Below the pieces are notes generated by a model that was given only the letters and a program-made list of their open reading frames with translations, was not told the origin of the DNA and searched no databases. A DNA stretch of 64,000 bases from Candidatus Poribacteria bacterium (GTDB lineage: Bacteria > Poribacteria > WGA-4E > PCPOR2b), in assembly GCA_965198175.1 (NCBI GenBank), contig OZ240245.1, positions 2,400,001-2,464,000 on the forward strand. The letters are read 5' to 3'. The number at the start of each line of letters is the position of its first letter. The stretch's first letter is position 1. A program made the translations under genes and the position numbers. Positions 42,430 to 51,139 of the stretch are shown one piece after another.

Positions 42430-44628
42430 ATGAAGAAAGCGATGTTGTTCAAGTTTAGCCTATTATTCATTTCCGCTCTATGTCTACCGCACGGCGTCGC
42501 CCAAGATTCTACGCAATGGGGGCTGCCCGAGGGCGCTAAAGCGCGCCTCGGTAAAGGAGTGTTTAATCTGATACAGTATTCGCCCGACGGCACTCGACTT
42601 GCGGTCGGCAGTGGTATCGGCATTTGGCTTTACGATACGGCGACCCATCAAGAGGTCGCCCCGCTCACCGGGCACACGGGTAGGGTCTGGGGCGTTGCGT
42701 TCAGCCCCGATGGTCGTACCATCGCTAGTGGGAGTTTGGACCGTTCCATTAGGCTGTGGGACGCCGATACGGGAGAACACCTGCGCACGCTTACCAGGCA
42801 TATCGGTAAGGTCTATAGCGTTGCGTTCAGTCCCGATGGTCGCACCATCGCCAGTGGGGGTGAGTCCCCTACCATCCGCCTGTGGGACGCCGATACCGGA
42901 GAACACCTGCGTACGTTTACCGGCCATACGGATGACGTTTGGAGCGTTGCGTTCAGTCCCGATGGACGCACCCTCGCGAGTGGAAGTTCGGATGACACCA
43001 TCCGTCTGTGGGATGCCGATACGGGCGAACACCTGCAAACTCTCAAGGGGCATACGAATGCGGTCTGGAGCGTTGCGTTCAGTCCCGATGGTCGTACCAT
43101 CGCTAGTGGGAGTTGGGACAAAACCGTCCGTTGGTGGGACGCTGATACGGGAAGACCCCTGCGAAAGCGCATCGGGCATACGGGTACGGTCTGGAGCGTT
43201 GCGTTCAGTCCCGATGGACGCACCATCGCTAGTGGGGGTACGACCACTATCCGTCTGTGGGACTCAGATACCGGAAAACACCTGCAAACACTCATCGGGC
43301 ATACGAATTATGTTAGGAGCGTTGCGTACAGCCCCAATGGACGCACCATCGCAAGCGGGAGTTGGGACAGTACCATCCGCCTGTGGGACGCAGATACCGG
43401 AAAACACGTGCGAATGCTCGACGGGCATACGTCTAGCGTCAAAAGCGTTGCATTCAGTCCCGATGGCAGCACCATCGCTAGTGGGAGTCGGGGGGACAGT
43501 ACCATCCGTCTATGGGACGCAGATAAGGGAAAACAACTGCGAACGCTCACTGGGTCGGGTTGGGTTTATAGCGTTGCGTTCAGTCCCGATGGTGGCACCA
43601 TCGCCAGCGGGAGTGGGGACCATACCATACGATTGTGGGACACCGATACGGGAAAACACCTGCAAACGTTTACCGGGCATGTGGGTCGGGTCTATAGTGT
43701 TGCGTTCAGTCCCAATGGCAGCAGGCTCGCCAGTGGGGGTTGGGACCATACCATCCGATTATGGGACCTCGATAAGGGAAAACACCGGCGAACGCTTAAC
43801 GGGCATAGGAATCACGTCTGGAGCGTTGCGTACAGTCCCAATGGCGGCACGCTAGCCAGCGGGAGTTGGGACGATACCATCCGTCTGTGGAACGCGGGTG
43901 GTAAACACCTGCGAACTCTCAACGGGCATAGGAATCAGGTCAATAGTGTTGCGTTCAGTCCCGATGGACGCACCATCGCCAGTGGGAGTTGGGACAATAC
44001 AATCCGATTGTGGGACGTCGATACGGGGGAACACCTGCAAACGCTCAACGGGCATGCGTTTGGGGTCTATAGCGTTGCGTTCAGTCCCGATGGACGTACC
44101 ATCGCTAGTGGAGGTCATGACGCTACCATCCGATTGTGGGACGCCCATACGGGAGAACACCTGCGAACGCTCAACGGGCATACGGATTGGGTCTATAGTG
44201 TTGCGTTCAGTCCCGATGGACACACGCTAGCAAGCGGGAGTCGGGACGGCACCGTGCTGCTATGGGAAGTTTCCTCATCGACCGCATTTGGAGTGGAACC
44301 GATGGCAAGATTCACCACGACGCTGGGAAACATCAAACGGACGGCGCTGCTGCAAAATTATCCGAATCCTTTCAACCCCGAAACCTGGATACCGTATCAG
44401 TTGGCAAAAGATGCACTCGTAATCTTGACCGTCTATGACCAGAGCGGTCATATCGTCCGCACCCTCCACATAGGACGCCAGATTTCGGGAGTCTACCGAG
44501 ACAAAGCAAGAGCAGCGTATTGGGACGGTCGTAACCAAATCGGAGAGCCCGTCACAAGCGGCGCCTATTACTATCAACTCCGTACGGGTGATTACACTGC
44601 GTTACGGCGGATGGTGATTGTCAAATAG
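42430..44628 (+). CDS. Secreted WD40 protein (14 repeats) with C-terminal FlgD-Ig/T9SS-tail-like domain
   Basis: GGAGG RBS, signal peptide, GH...VAFSPDG...IRLWD repeats, LLQNYPNPFNPETWIPY...YWDGRN..GE...SG.YYY. Confidence 0.93.
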   Translation: MKKAMLFKFSLLFISALCLPHGVAQDSTQWGLPEGAKARLGKGVFNLIQYSPDGTRLAVGSGIGIWLYDTATHQEVAPLTGHTGRVWGVAFSPDGRTIASGSLDRSIRLWDADTGEHLRTLTRHIGKVYSVAFSPDGRTIASGGESPTIRLWDADTGEHLRTFTGHTDDVWSVAFSPDGRTLASGSSDDTIRLWDADTGEHLQTLKGHTNAVWSVAFSPDGRTIASGSWDKTVRWWDADTGRPLRKRIGHTGTVWSVAFSPDGRTIASGGTTTIRLWDSDTGKHLQTLIGHTNYVRSVAYSPNGRTIASGSWDSTIRLWDADTGKHVRMLDGHTSSVKSVAFSPDGSTIASGSRGDSTIRLWDADKGKQLRTLTGSGWVYSVAFSPDGGTIASGSGDHTIRLWDTDTGKHLQTFTGHVGRVYSVAFSPNGSRLASGGWDHTIRLWDLDKGKHRRTLNGHRNHVWSVAYSPNGGTLASGSWDDTIRLWNAGGKHLRTLNGHRNQVNSVAFSPDGRTIASGSWDNTIRLWDVDTGEHLQTLNGHAFGVYSVAFSPDGRTIASGGHDATIRLWDAHTGEHLRTLNGHTDWVYSVAFSPDGHTLASGSRDGTVLLWEVSSSTAFGVEPMARFTTTLGNIKRTALLQNYPNPFNPETWIPYQLAKDALVILTVYDQSGHIVRTLHIGRQISGVYRDKARAAYWDGRNQIGEPVTSGAYYYQLRTGDYTALRRMVIVK

Positions 44629-45019
44629 CGCCACACAACTGGGGTGAGAAACCGAGTTTATCTAAGAACTGGTTTCTGAAGTTTCTGCGAGCGAGATGAC
44701 TAGATGCGACTGAGAGTATCAGCACGTAGGTTGGGTCGAGATCAACTGAGCGAATAAATCAACCGAACGAACAGTGAGGGCGATAGAGGCCCCTGCGCGA
44801 TACATTTGTAAAGCGAGTCCAACAAATCGCAAATTCCATAGCCTTAATGCTCCCCTCTTTCTTATCATCAACGGATGTTCGGAAGAAGGGTCATAATCGA
44901 GTTGCATGCTTTACCCCACCCTGCGTTTCATTCAAAAACCCGTAACTTCCTAGTCTGAAATTTTTTGAGCGACCCCCGGTTCGATTTCTCCTGCCCGAAA
45001 CTCCTCTCTCCAAAGGGGT

Positions 45020-45274
45020 GACACATTTGTGTCTTTTGTACACATTTGTTTACATCGCCTGAAACCCTTGTTGTGGTAGGGGTTCCCGCCATTTTCAATC
45101 GTAATGTCCCGAATTTATGTAAACAAATGTGTCTTTGCCTTTCATACCATTCGGTCGCTATTTCCCTGTGCTGAAAAATAAATCAAACTGCCCGTATCCC
45201 TTGACACATCAGGGTTCTCGAGTCCAAACAGAGTCCAAATTGAAGAGATTATTCGTCTTGGCACATAACTTGCT
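45020..45274 (+). promoter_or_regulatory. sigma54 enhancer-promoter module, copy 2
   Basis: Same palindromes as copy 1; TGGCACATAACTTGCT at 45259-45274. Confidence 0.82.
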
Positions 45275-45402
45275 TATACCTGTAGACAATACCTCAAGCT
45301 GCAGAACGGTCTGCAGTGGTCACATAAATTTCTCTCAAGCAAGGATTGACACAGGATATAATCCTGCGACTATTCTTAATCACTAATAAAAAGGAGAATA
45401 TC

Positions 45403-45756
45403 ATGAAATTGAAATCGTTGGTTATGTTGAGTGGTTTCGTTGTGTTGACAATACTTATTGTTTGTGTTAGCGTGTATTCGTATAACGCTTACTGCAGTGC
45501 GAGTCTACAAGGGTGTAGTGCATCCGCATCAGGGAATGGTTGGGGCCTTTTTAATGGCTATTACTACTTGCACGCTAAAGTTGGTAGTGATAGCGAGACT
45601 AAGACCGCCGGATTCGCCAATGGGCAGAACTTCTCTGATACAGCATCTGCACACGAAGACGGATGCGGACCAGGTGACGGTTATGCGTCTGCTTCCGTCA
45701 CTGGGACGGATGCCCAGGGTAACATCCATCACAAGAATGACTCTGCCAGTTTTTAG
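45403..45756 (+). CDS. Small secreted Ser/Ala/Gly/Cys-rich protein (paralogue 2)
   Basis: AAGGAG RBS before ATG 45403; same length as 41825-42178 with conserved Cys. Confidence 0.85.
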   Translation: MKLKSLVMLSGFVVLTILIVCVSVYSYNAYCSASLQGCSASASGNGWGLFNGYYYLHAKVGSDSETKTAGFANGQNFSDTASAHEDGCGPGDGYASASVTGTDAQGNIHHKNDSASF

Positions 45757-45980
45757 TCATCGCACTGGTTTAAGCAACAGATGAAGTTGAAGTGATTACG
45801 CTTCTTCGATTTGCATCAATTCGTATTTTGAAATCTGGACGGGTTGTTGCTTTGGGAGCGTTTTCGAGCGTTAGAACTTAGCAAAACCTCCAATTCGGGT
45901 TGGGTGTTTCAATTTGCACCCAACCCAAATTTATTTCAATGAGGCTATGCCATTTAACTGACATATGGAGAAATCTCTCA

Positions 45981-47423
45981 ATGAAGAAAGCAACGTTTTT
46001 AATACTTAGCTTTATATTCATTTCGGTTATATGCCTACCGCGCAGCTTTGGCCAAGACTCACCGCAACAGGGTCTACCCGAGGGTGCTAAAACGCGCCTC
46101 GGTAAAGGAATTTTTAATCTGATACAGTATTCGCCCGACGGCACTCGCCTCGCGGTCGCCAGTGGTATCGGCACTTGGCTTTACGATGCGGCGACCCATC
46201 AAGAAGTCGCTCTGCTCACCGGGCACACGGGTAGGGTCTGGAGCGTATCGTTCAGTCCCGATGGACGCAAAATAGCTAGCGGGAGTTTGGACCGTACCGT
46301 CCGTCTGTGGGACACCGGTACAGGAGAACACCTGCACACGCTTACCAGGCATGTCGGCAGTGTCTATAGCGTTGCATTCAGTCCCGATGGTCGCACAATC
46401 GCTAGCGCAGGTAGGACCGCTATCCGTCTGTGGAACGCCGATACCGGAAAACACCTGCAAACACTCATCGGACATACGCATGCGGTCTGGAGCGTGGCGT
46501 TCAGTCCGGATGGTCGCACAATCGCCAGTGGGAGTTGGGACAAAACCGTCCGTTGGTGGGACGCTGATACGGGAAGACCCCTGCGAAAGCGCATCGGGCA
46601 TACGGGTACGGTCTGGAGCGTTGCGTTCAGTCCCGATGGTCGCACCATCGCTAGCGGGAGTTGGGACGACACTATCCGTCTGTGGAACGCCGGTGGTAAA
46701 CATCTGCTAACGCTCAACGGGCACAGGAATCAGGTAAACGACATAGCGTTCAGCCCCGATGGACATACGATTGCTAGTGGGAGTTGGGACACTACCATTC
46801 GATTGTGGGACGTTGATACGGGAGAACACCTGCGCACGCTCAACGGGCATGCGTTTGGGGTCTATAGCGTCGCTTTCAGTCCTGATGGACGCACAATAGC
46901 TAGTGGAGGTCATGATGCCACCGTCCGATTATGGGACGCCGACACAGGAGAACACCTGCGCACGCTCAACGGGCATACAGATGAGGTTCGCAGCGTTGCG
47001 TTTAGTCCCGACGGGCGCACACTTGCGAGTGGGAGCTGGGACGGCACGGTGTTGCTTTGGGAAGTTGCTTCTTCAATCCAATTAGCGGTGGAGCCGTTGG
47101 AAAGACGCATCACGACGCTGGGAAACATCAAACGGACAGCGCTGCTGCAAAATTATCCGAACCCGTTCAACCCCGAGACTTGGATACCGTACCATTTGGC
47201 GAACGATGCACTCGTGAGCTTGAACATCTATGACCAGAGCGGTCATATCGTCCGCACCCTCGACATTGGACATCAAAAATCGGGAGTCTACCGAGACAAA
47301 GCCAGCGCAGCGTATTGGGACGGTCGAAATCAAAACGGAGAGTACGTAACAAGCGGCGCCTATTACTATCAACTCCGTGCGGGTGATTACACCGCGTTAC
47401 GACGGATGGTTATTGTCAAGTAG
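45981..47423 (+). CDS. Secreted WD40 protein (8 repeats) with C-terminal FlgD-Ig/T9SS-tail-like domain
   Basis: GGAG RBS, signal peptide, 8 WD repeats, NYPNPFNP tail. Confidence 0.93.
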   Translation: MKKATFLILSFIFISVICLPRSFGQDSPQQGLPEGAKTRLGKGIFNLIQYSPDGTRLAVASGIGTWLYDAATHQEVALLTGHTGRVWSVSFSPDGRKIASGSLDRTVRLWDTGTGEHLHTLTRHVGSVYSVAFSPDGRTIASAGRTAIRLWNADTGKHLQTLIGHTHAVWSVAFSPDGRTIASGSWDKTVRWWDADTGRPLRKRIGHTGTVWSVAFSPDGRTIASGSWDDTIRLWNAGGKHLLTLNGHRNQVNDIAFSPDGHTIASGSWDTTIRLWDVDTGEHLRTLNGHAFGVYSVAFSPDGRTIASGGHDATVRLWDADTGEHLRTLNGHTDEVRSVAFSPDGRTLASGSWDGTVLLWEVASSIQLAVEPLERRITTLGNIKRTALLQNYPNPFNPETWIPYHLANDALVSLNIYDQSGHIVRTLDIGHQKSGVYRDKASAAYWDGRNQNGEYVTSGAYYYQLRAGDYTALRRMVIVK

Positions 47424-47540
47424 GACTACACTGTTAGGGTGATAAACCGATGTTTTTCTAAAAACTAGTTTCTTAAGTTACTACGAGTGAGATGAACCGT
47501 TCAACCCAACCTACACGACTAGAGAAAGGAGAGAGTATCA

Positions 47541-48917
47541 ATGACCGCATCGAAACGATTTACTTGGAAAACTGGAATTGCTTTGATGGTGTTGACAATC
47601 TGGATCGGCATTGATGGATTCTCAGCGATCGCCGGAGCTCAGGTGCAGCCTCCCCGCCGAAAACGACGAATCATGATTAGCCCAAAAACAGAGTCGAAAG
47701 CGGAGGAAAAAAAGGTTAACGTCGGAAAAAGCCTTGTCAGTATCGCACGCCGTGCTAACCGTCAAAGTAAGGACCAGATAGTTGATTTAGTCTTTGTCAT
47801 CGAACGCGGCGAAAAAATGAAAGCGTCGATTGTCGAGATCGAAAGACATCTCAACAATGTTCTGAGTGTGTTCGAGGCGTCGGGCGTGGACTATCACCTA
47901 GCGCCGATCTGGTTTCAAAATCAGGGCGGTCCAAAATTCGAGGGTAGTCCATTGAGGAACGACATCCGTGCGATTCAAGCGGGTTTTTACGCCCATTTTC
48001 GGCGCGACCATTCCGCCGGATATGGCCTGGAGGCGATAATGTGGGGGGTAAGGGACCTGAACTTCAGATCGGATTCCGGCAAGCATATTATTGTCGTCAC
48101 AAATTCGCAGTTGCGAACCGCATGGGAGGCGCCGAATGCAAAACAGCAGCTTGTGAATCGGATTATTGAGCGGTGCAAGCAGGATGAGATTCACATCAAC
48201 GTTATTGGGGTAAATGAAGCGGCGCAGCTACAACTAGCGGAGGAAACCGGCGGCAAGTGGTACGCCATTGACGAATACCAGGAGTGGCGAACGCCATTCT
48301 CTGTTATGGATAAGAGGATTCTCAAAATCGACGGGATTTTCGAACGCATTGGCGAACACATCGTTGGAACGGTAAAGCCATCTGCGGATATCGTCTTCGT
48401 CTTCGATTCCAGCTGGAGTATGAAAGGCGAAATCGATGAGATTTGTATAGGAGTTGATAGAATGGTGGCTATGCTTGATGACGGAGGACTCGACTATCGA
48501 TTTGGGATCATCCGGTTTTGGGCGCTGGCAGGCGGGGGTGGCAGCACTATTGTGGTGACAAAACCGCCGTTGGATGCAGAGCAGGTCAAGAAGGTGTACC
48601 GGCTGCCCAAGCACGGTGATGAACACCTGCTCGATGCAATTATGGAAGGTGTCCCCAAGCTCCAAACGCCTGAGAATCGGCAGCTTGTCCTTATTATTGT
48701 AACCGATGAATCAACCAGCCGTCGTCGAGAGAAGGGATACACACCCGAAAGGGCGATTGGCGTTTGCCGCCAAGCCGGTGCAATTGTTTACGTTATCGGC
48801 GGTATCGTACATCCGAGGCGTAGGGAGAGGGATGTCTTTCAGCTCCGTGTCGCTGAAGCAACAAAAGGGGAACACTATGCCATGCCTGGTGCTAAGGTTG
48901 CCGACGAACGGTGGTAA
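47541..48917 (+). CDS. Exported protein with two vWA domains
   Basis: Signal peptide; DLVFVIERGEKM and DIVFVFDSSWSM (MIDAS DxSxS), IIVTDE, repeated LAEETGG/VAEATKG. Confidence 0.85.
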   Translation: MTASKRFTWKTGIALMVLTIWIGIDGFSAIAGAQVQPPRRKRRIMISPKTESKAEEKKVNVGKSLVSIARRANRQSKDQIVDLVFVIERGEKMKASIVEIERHLNNVLSVFEASGVDYHLAPIWFQNQGGPKFEGSPLRNDIRAIQAGFYAHFRRDHSAGYGLEAIMWGVRDLNFRSDSGKHIIVVTNSQLRTAWEAPNAKQQLVNRIIERCKQDEIHINVIGVNEAAQLQLAEETGGKWYAIDEYQEWRTPFSVMDKRILKIDGIFERIGEHIVGTVKPSADIVFVFDSSWSMKGEIDEICIGVDRMVAMLDDGGLDYRFGIIRFWALAGGGGSTIVVTKPPLDAEQVKKVYRLPKHGDEHLLDAIMEGVPKLQTPENRQLVLIIVTDESTSRRREKGYTPERAIGVCRQAGAIVYVIGGIVHPRRRERDVFQLRVAEATKGEHYAMPGAKVADERW

Positions 48918-49432
48918 TGTAAAACACCAAGCGTTGATTGGGCTTAACACCTGCAATAAACTCAGAACCGCTTAAGTATGTCGTGCAGCTGCCGATAATC
49001 ATCTCTCGGCATCAATTATGCCGGCGGAGACACAGACCGAGATAGTGAAATTTGAAGACTGGGATTTACTTGACAACATTGAGGTGGAAGAGCTGGAAAG
49101 ACTATTGGAAGCATGAGAAAATACAGACTGCCGTGCGTCCATTGCAAATGCACCAAATAAACCTGCGATCCTCCGAGAGGATGAGCGTTATGAGGACCAG
49201 AGCAATCCAAATGGAATTCAAGATGAATCCTAGGAAAGGCGTGATGAGTTCGAAATCGAAAAACAGGGCGAGCCCAATGGGTAACCACTTACGCCCGAAA
49301 ATTAGACCTCCTAAAGGCAAAGCGATTGCTAAGAAGACATTAATTGAGAACCGGTGTCTAGTAGCCCGCGGTTTGGCGCTAGTGTTTTCTGACCACGAGT
49401 AACAGGCGACTGACCGCTGCTTTCAAGACTGC

Positions 49433-49461
49433 TTGACATTCATGAAGAACCGTGTTATTCT
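49433..49461 (+). promoter_or_regulatory. sigma70-type promoter of the two-component operon
   Basis: TTGACA-N17-TATTCT with extended -10 TG, 34 nt before ATG 49496. Confidence 0.6.
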
Positions 49462-49495
49462 CTTAAGAATATAGTCGGCAAACAACGGGGGAAAA

Positions 49496-51139
49496 ATGAA
49501 AGACGCGGATAAGACGCAAGCACAACTCATCCGTGAATTGCGGCAAATGCGCCAGCGTGTGGCGAGCTTAGAACGCGAAAGAGCGCAATTCAAGCGGATG
49601 GCGGAGACAGATCCGTACTACAATTCCCCGGAGATGTTTGCTTCAGCGGATGCTGTTACGGAAAGGGTTCTCCACTGTAATCATTCACTACTTACGACGT
49701 TGGGATACACCGAAGATGAGCTTGTCGGTTATGCTATTTCCAAGATATATCATCCGGACTGTATCGAAGATGCAAAGACAATGTTCACTAGTCTTGTAAA
49801 TAACGGTGAAATACGTGATGTGGAGCTAGCATTGCGGAAAAAAGATGGAGGCAAAATTGATGTGAACTTGAATGCCTCAACTTTCTGTGATGCAAGAGGG
49901 AATCCTCTTTACAGTCGGTTCATTTGGCGCGACATCACGCAGCAAAAAGAGACCGAACGGGAACTTCGCGAGAGCGACCAACGCTTTCACCAGTTGGCGG
50001 ACAGTATCCGCGAGGTTTTCTGGTTAATGTCGCTCGAAGGGGATGAATTCTACTACCTTAGTCCGGGATACGATGAGATATGGGGCAGATCCCGCTACGA
50101 CCTAATCGCAGAACCGATGTCGTGGGCGGAGAGCATTTATCCGGATGACCTGGAGCAGGTCTTAGCCAATTTTGAAAGACAGAAGCGCGGCGAGTTTGTA
50201 GAGTATGAGTTCCGTATCGTCCGACCGGACGGCGAAATCCGCTGGATTCAAGCGCGCGCCTTTCCAGTCAAAGATGAAGGCGGAAATCCCTACCGCGTCG
50301 CCGGATTTGCACTAGATATCACGGAACGCAAGCGTGCCGAGGAAGTGTCTGCGATGCGGCAGCGCCAGTTGATTCAAGCGGATAAGATGACCTCATTAGG
50401 CATTCTGACCGCCGGCGTCGCGCATGAGATTAACAACCCGAACAATTTTATCTTGCTGAACGGAGAAACCCTTGAGAAAGCTTGGTTCAGCGTAATGCCC
50501 ATTCTTGAGAGATATTACCAAGAGAATGGGGATTTTATGTGCGCTGGCGTGCTCTATACGGAATTACAAACTGATATCAGGGAAATGACTACGGGAATCA
50601 TTATCGGGGCGAAGCGAATCCAAGAGATTGTGAATGTGCTCGGCGAATTCGCACATCGTGGTGACGAGGATTTAAGCCAACCGGTCAATTGCAATACGGT
50701 GATTGACTCTGCAATCGTAATTGTACGGAATCTGATAAAAAGATCGACGAATCGCTTCTCGCCTCAGTTGGATCGCAATCTACCAATGGTTCTGGGTAAC
50801 GCGCAACAACTTGAACAGGTATTTATTAACTTAATCACGAATTCTTGCCAAGCGCTGCCCGACCCTAGCAGAAGCGTCGTGGTTTCAACCCGAAAGAGTT
50901 CAAAGGATGTACTGATTGAATTTTGCGACGAGGGAGAAGGGATTCCTTCTGAAAATTTGCCACGCGTCATGGACGCCTTTTTCACTACAAAGCGAGACAT
51001 CGGCGGCACCGGTCTAGGGCTGTCAATCTCTTACACTATCGTCAAGAATCATGGCGGAGATTTGACCTTCACCTCAGAACTTGGAAAGGGCACGACGGCG
51101 ACAGTCAAGCTGCCTGCCGACCCAAGGAGTGACCGATGA
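49496..51139 (+). CDS. Soluble PAS-PAS sensor histidine kinase (NtrB-like)
   Basis: Two PAS/PAC domains, AHEINNP H-box, N/D/F/G boxes (GTGLGLS); no TM helix. Confidence 0.95.
   Translation: MKDADKTQAQLIRELRQMRQRVASLERERAQFKRMAETDPYYNSPEMFASADAVTERVLHCNHSLLTTLGYTEDELVGYAISKIYHPDCIEDAKTMFTSLVNNGEIRDVELALRKKDGGKIDVNLNASTFCDARGNPLYSRFIWRDITQQKETERELRESDQRFHQLADSIREVFWLMSLEGDEFYYLSPGYDEIWGRSRYDLIAEPMSWAESIYPDDLEQVLANFERQKRGEFVEYEFRIVRPDGEIRWIQARAFPVKDEGGNPYRVAGFALDITERKRAEEVSAMRQRQLIQADKMTSLGILTAGVAHEINNPNNFILLNGETLEKAWFSVMPILERYYQENGDFMCAGVLYTELQTDIREMTTGIIIGAKRIQEIVNVLGEFAHRGDEDLSQPVNCNTVIDSAIVIVRNLIKRSTNRFSPQLDRNLPMVLGNAQQLEQVFINLITNSCQALPDPSRSVVVSTRKSSKDVLIEFCDEGEGIPSENLPRVMDAFFTTKRDIGGTGLGLSISYTIVKNHGGDLTFTSELGKGTTATVKLPADPRSDR

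Larger units (their letters stand above)
41191..47495 (+). repeat. Tandem duplication of the promoter + small secreted protein + WD40 cassette (units ~41191-44700 and ~44726-47495)
   Basis: Upstream regions ~41328-41745 and ~44908-45325 are almost identical (offset 3580); both genes and the 3' flanks are homologous. Confidence 0.92.

Noticed and set aside
42660..44270. Regular ~126-bp repeats as a possible CRISPR array or DGR target
   Set aside because: They are in-frame WD40 coding repeats without unique spacers. There is no cas gene, reverse transcriptase or template repeat in the window.
42484..47131. Long alternative-frame and antisense ORFs with repeats (e.g. 42599-43855, 42484-43179, 46074-46703)
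   Set aside because: These are shadows of the highly repetitive WD40 coding sequence.
49052..49402. 116-aa basic ORF upstream of the kinase
   Set aside because: TTG start without RBS, atypical composition and no motifs.
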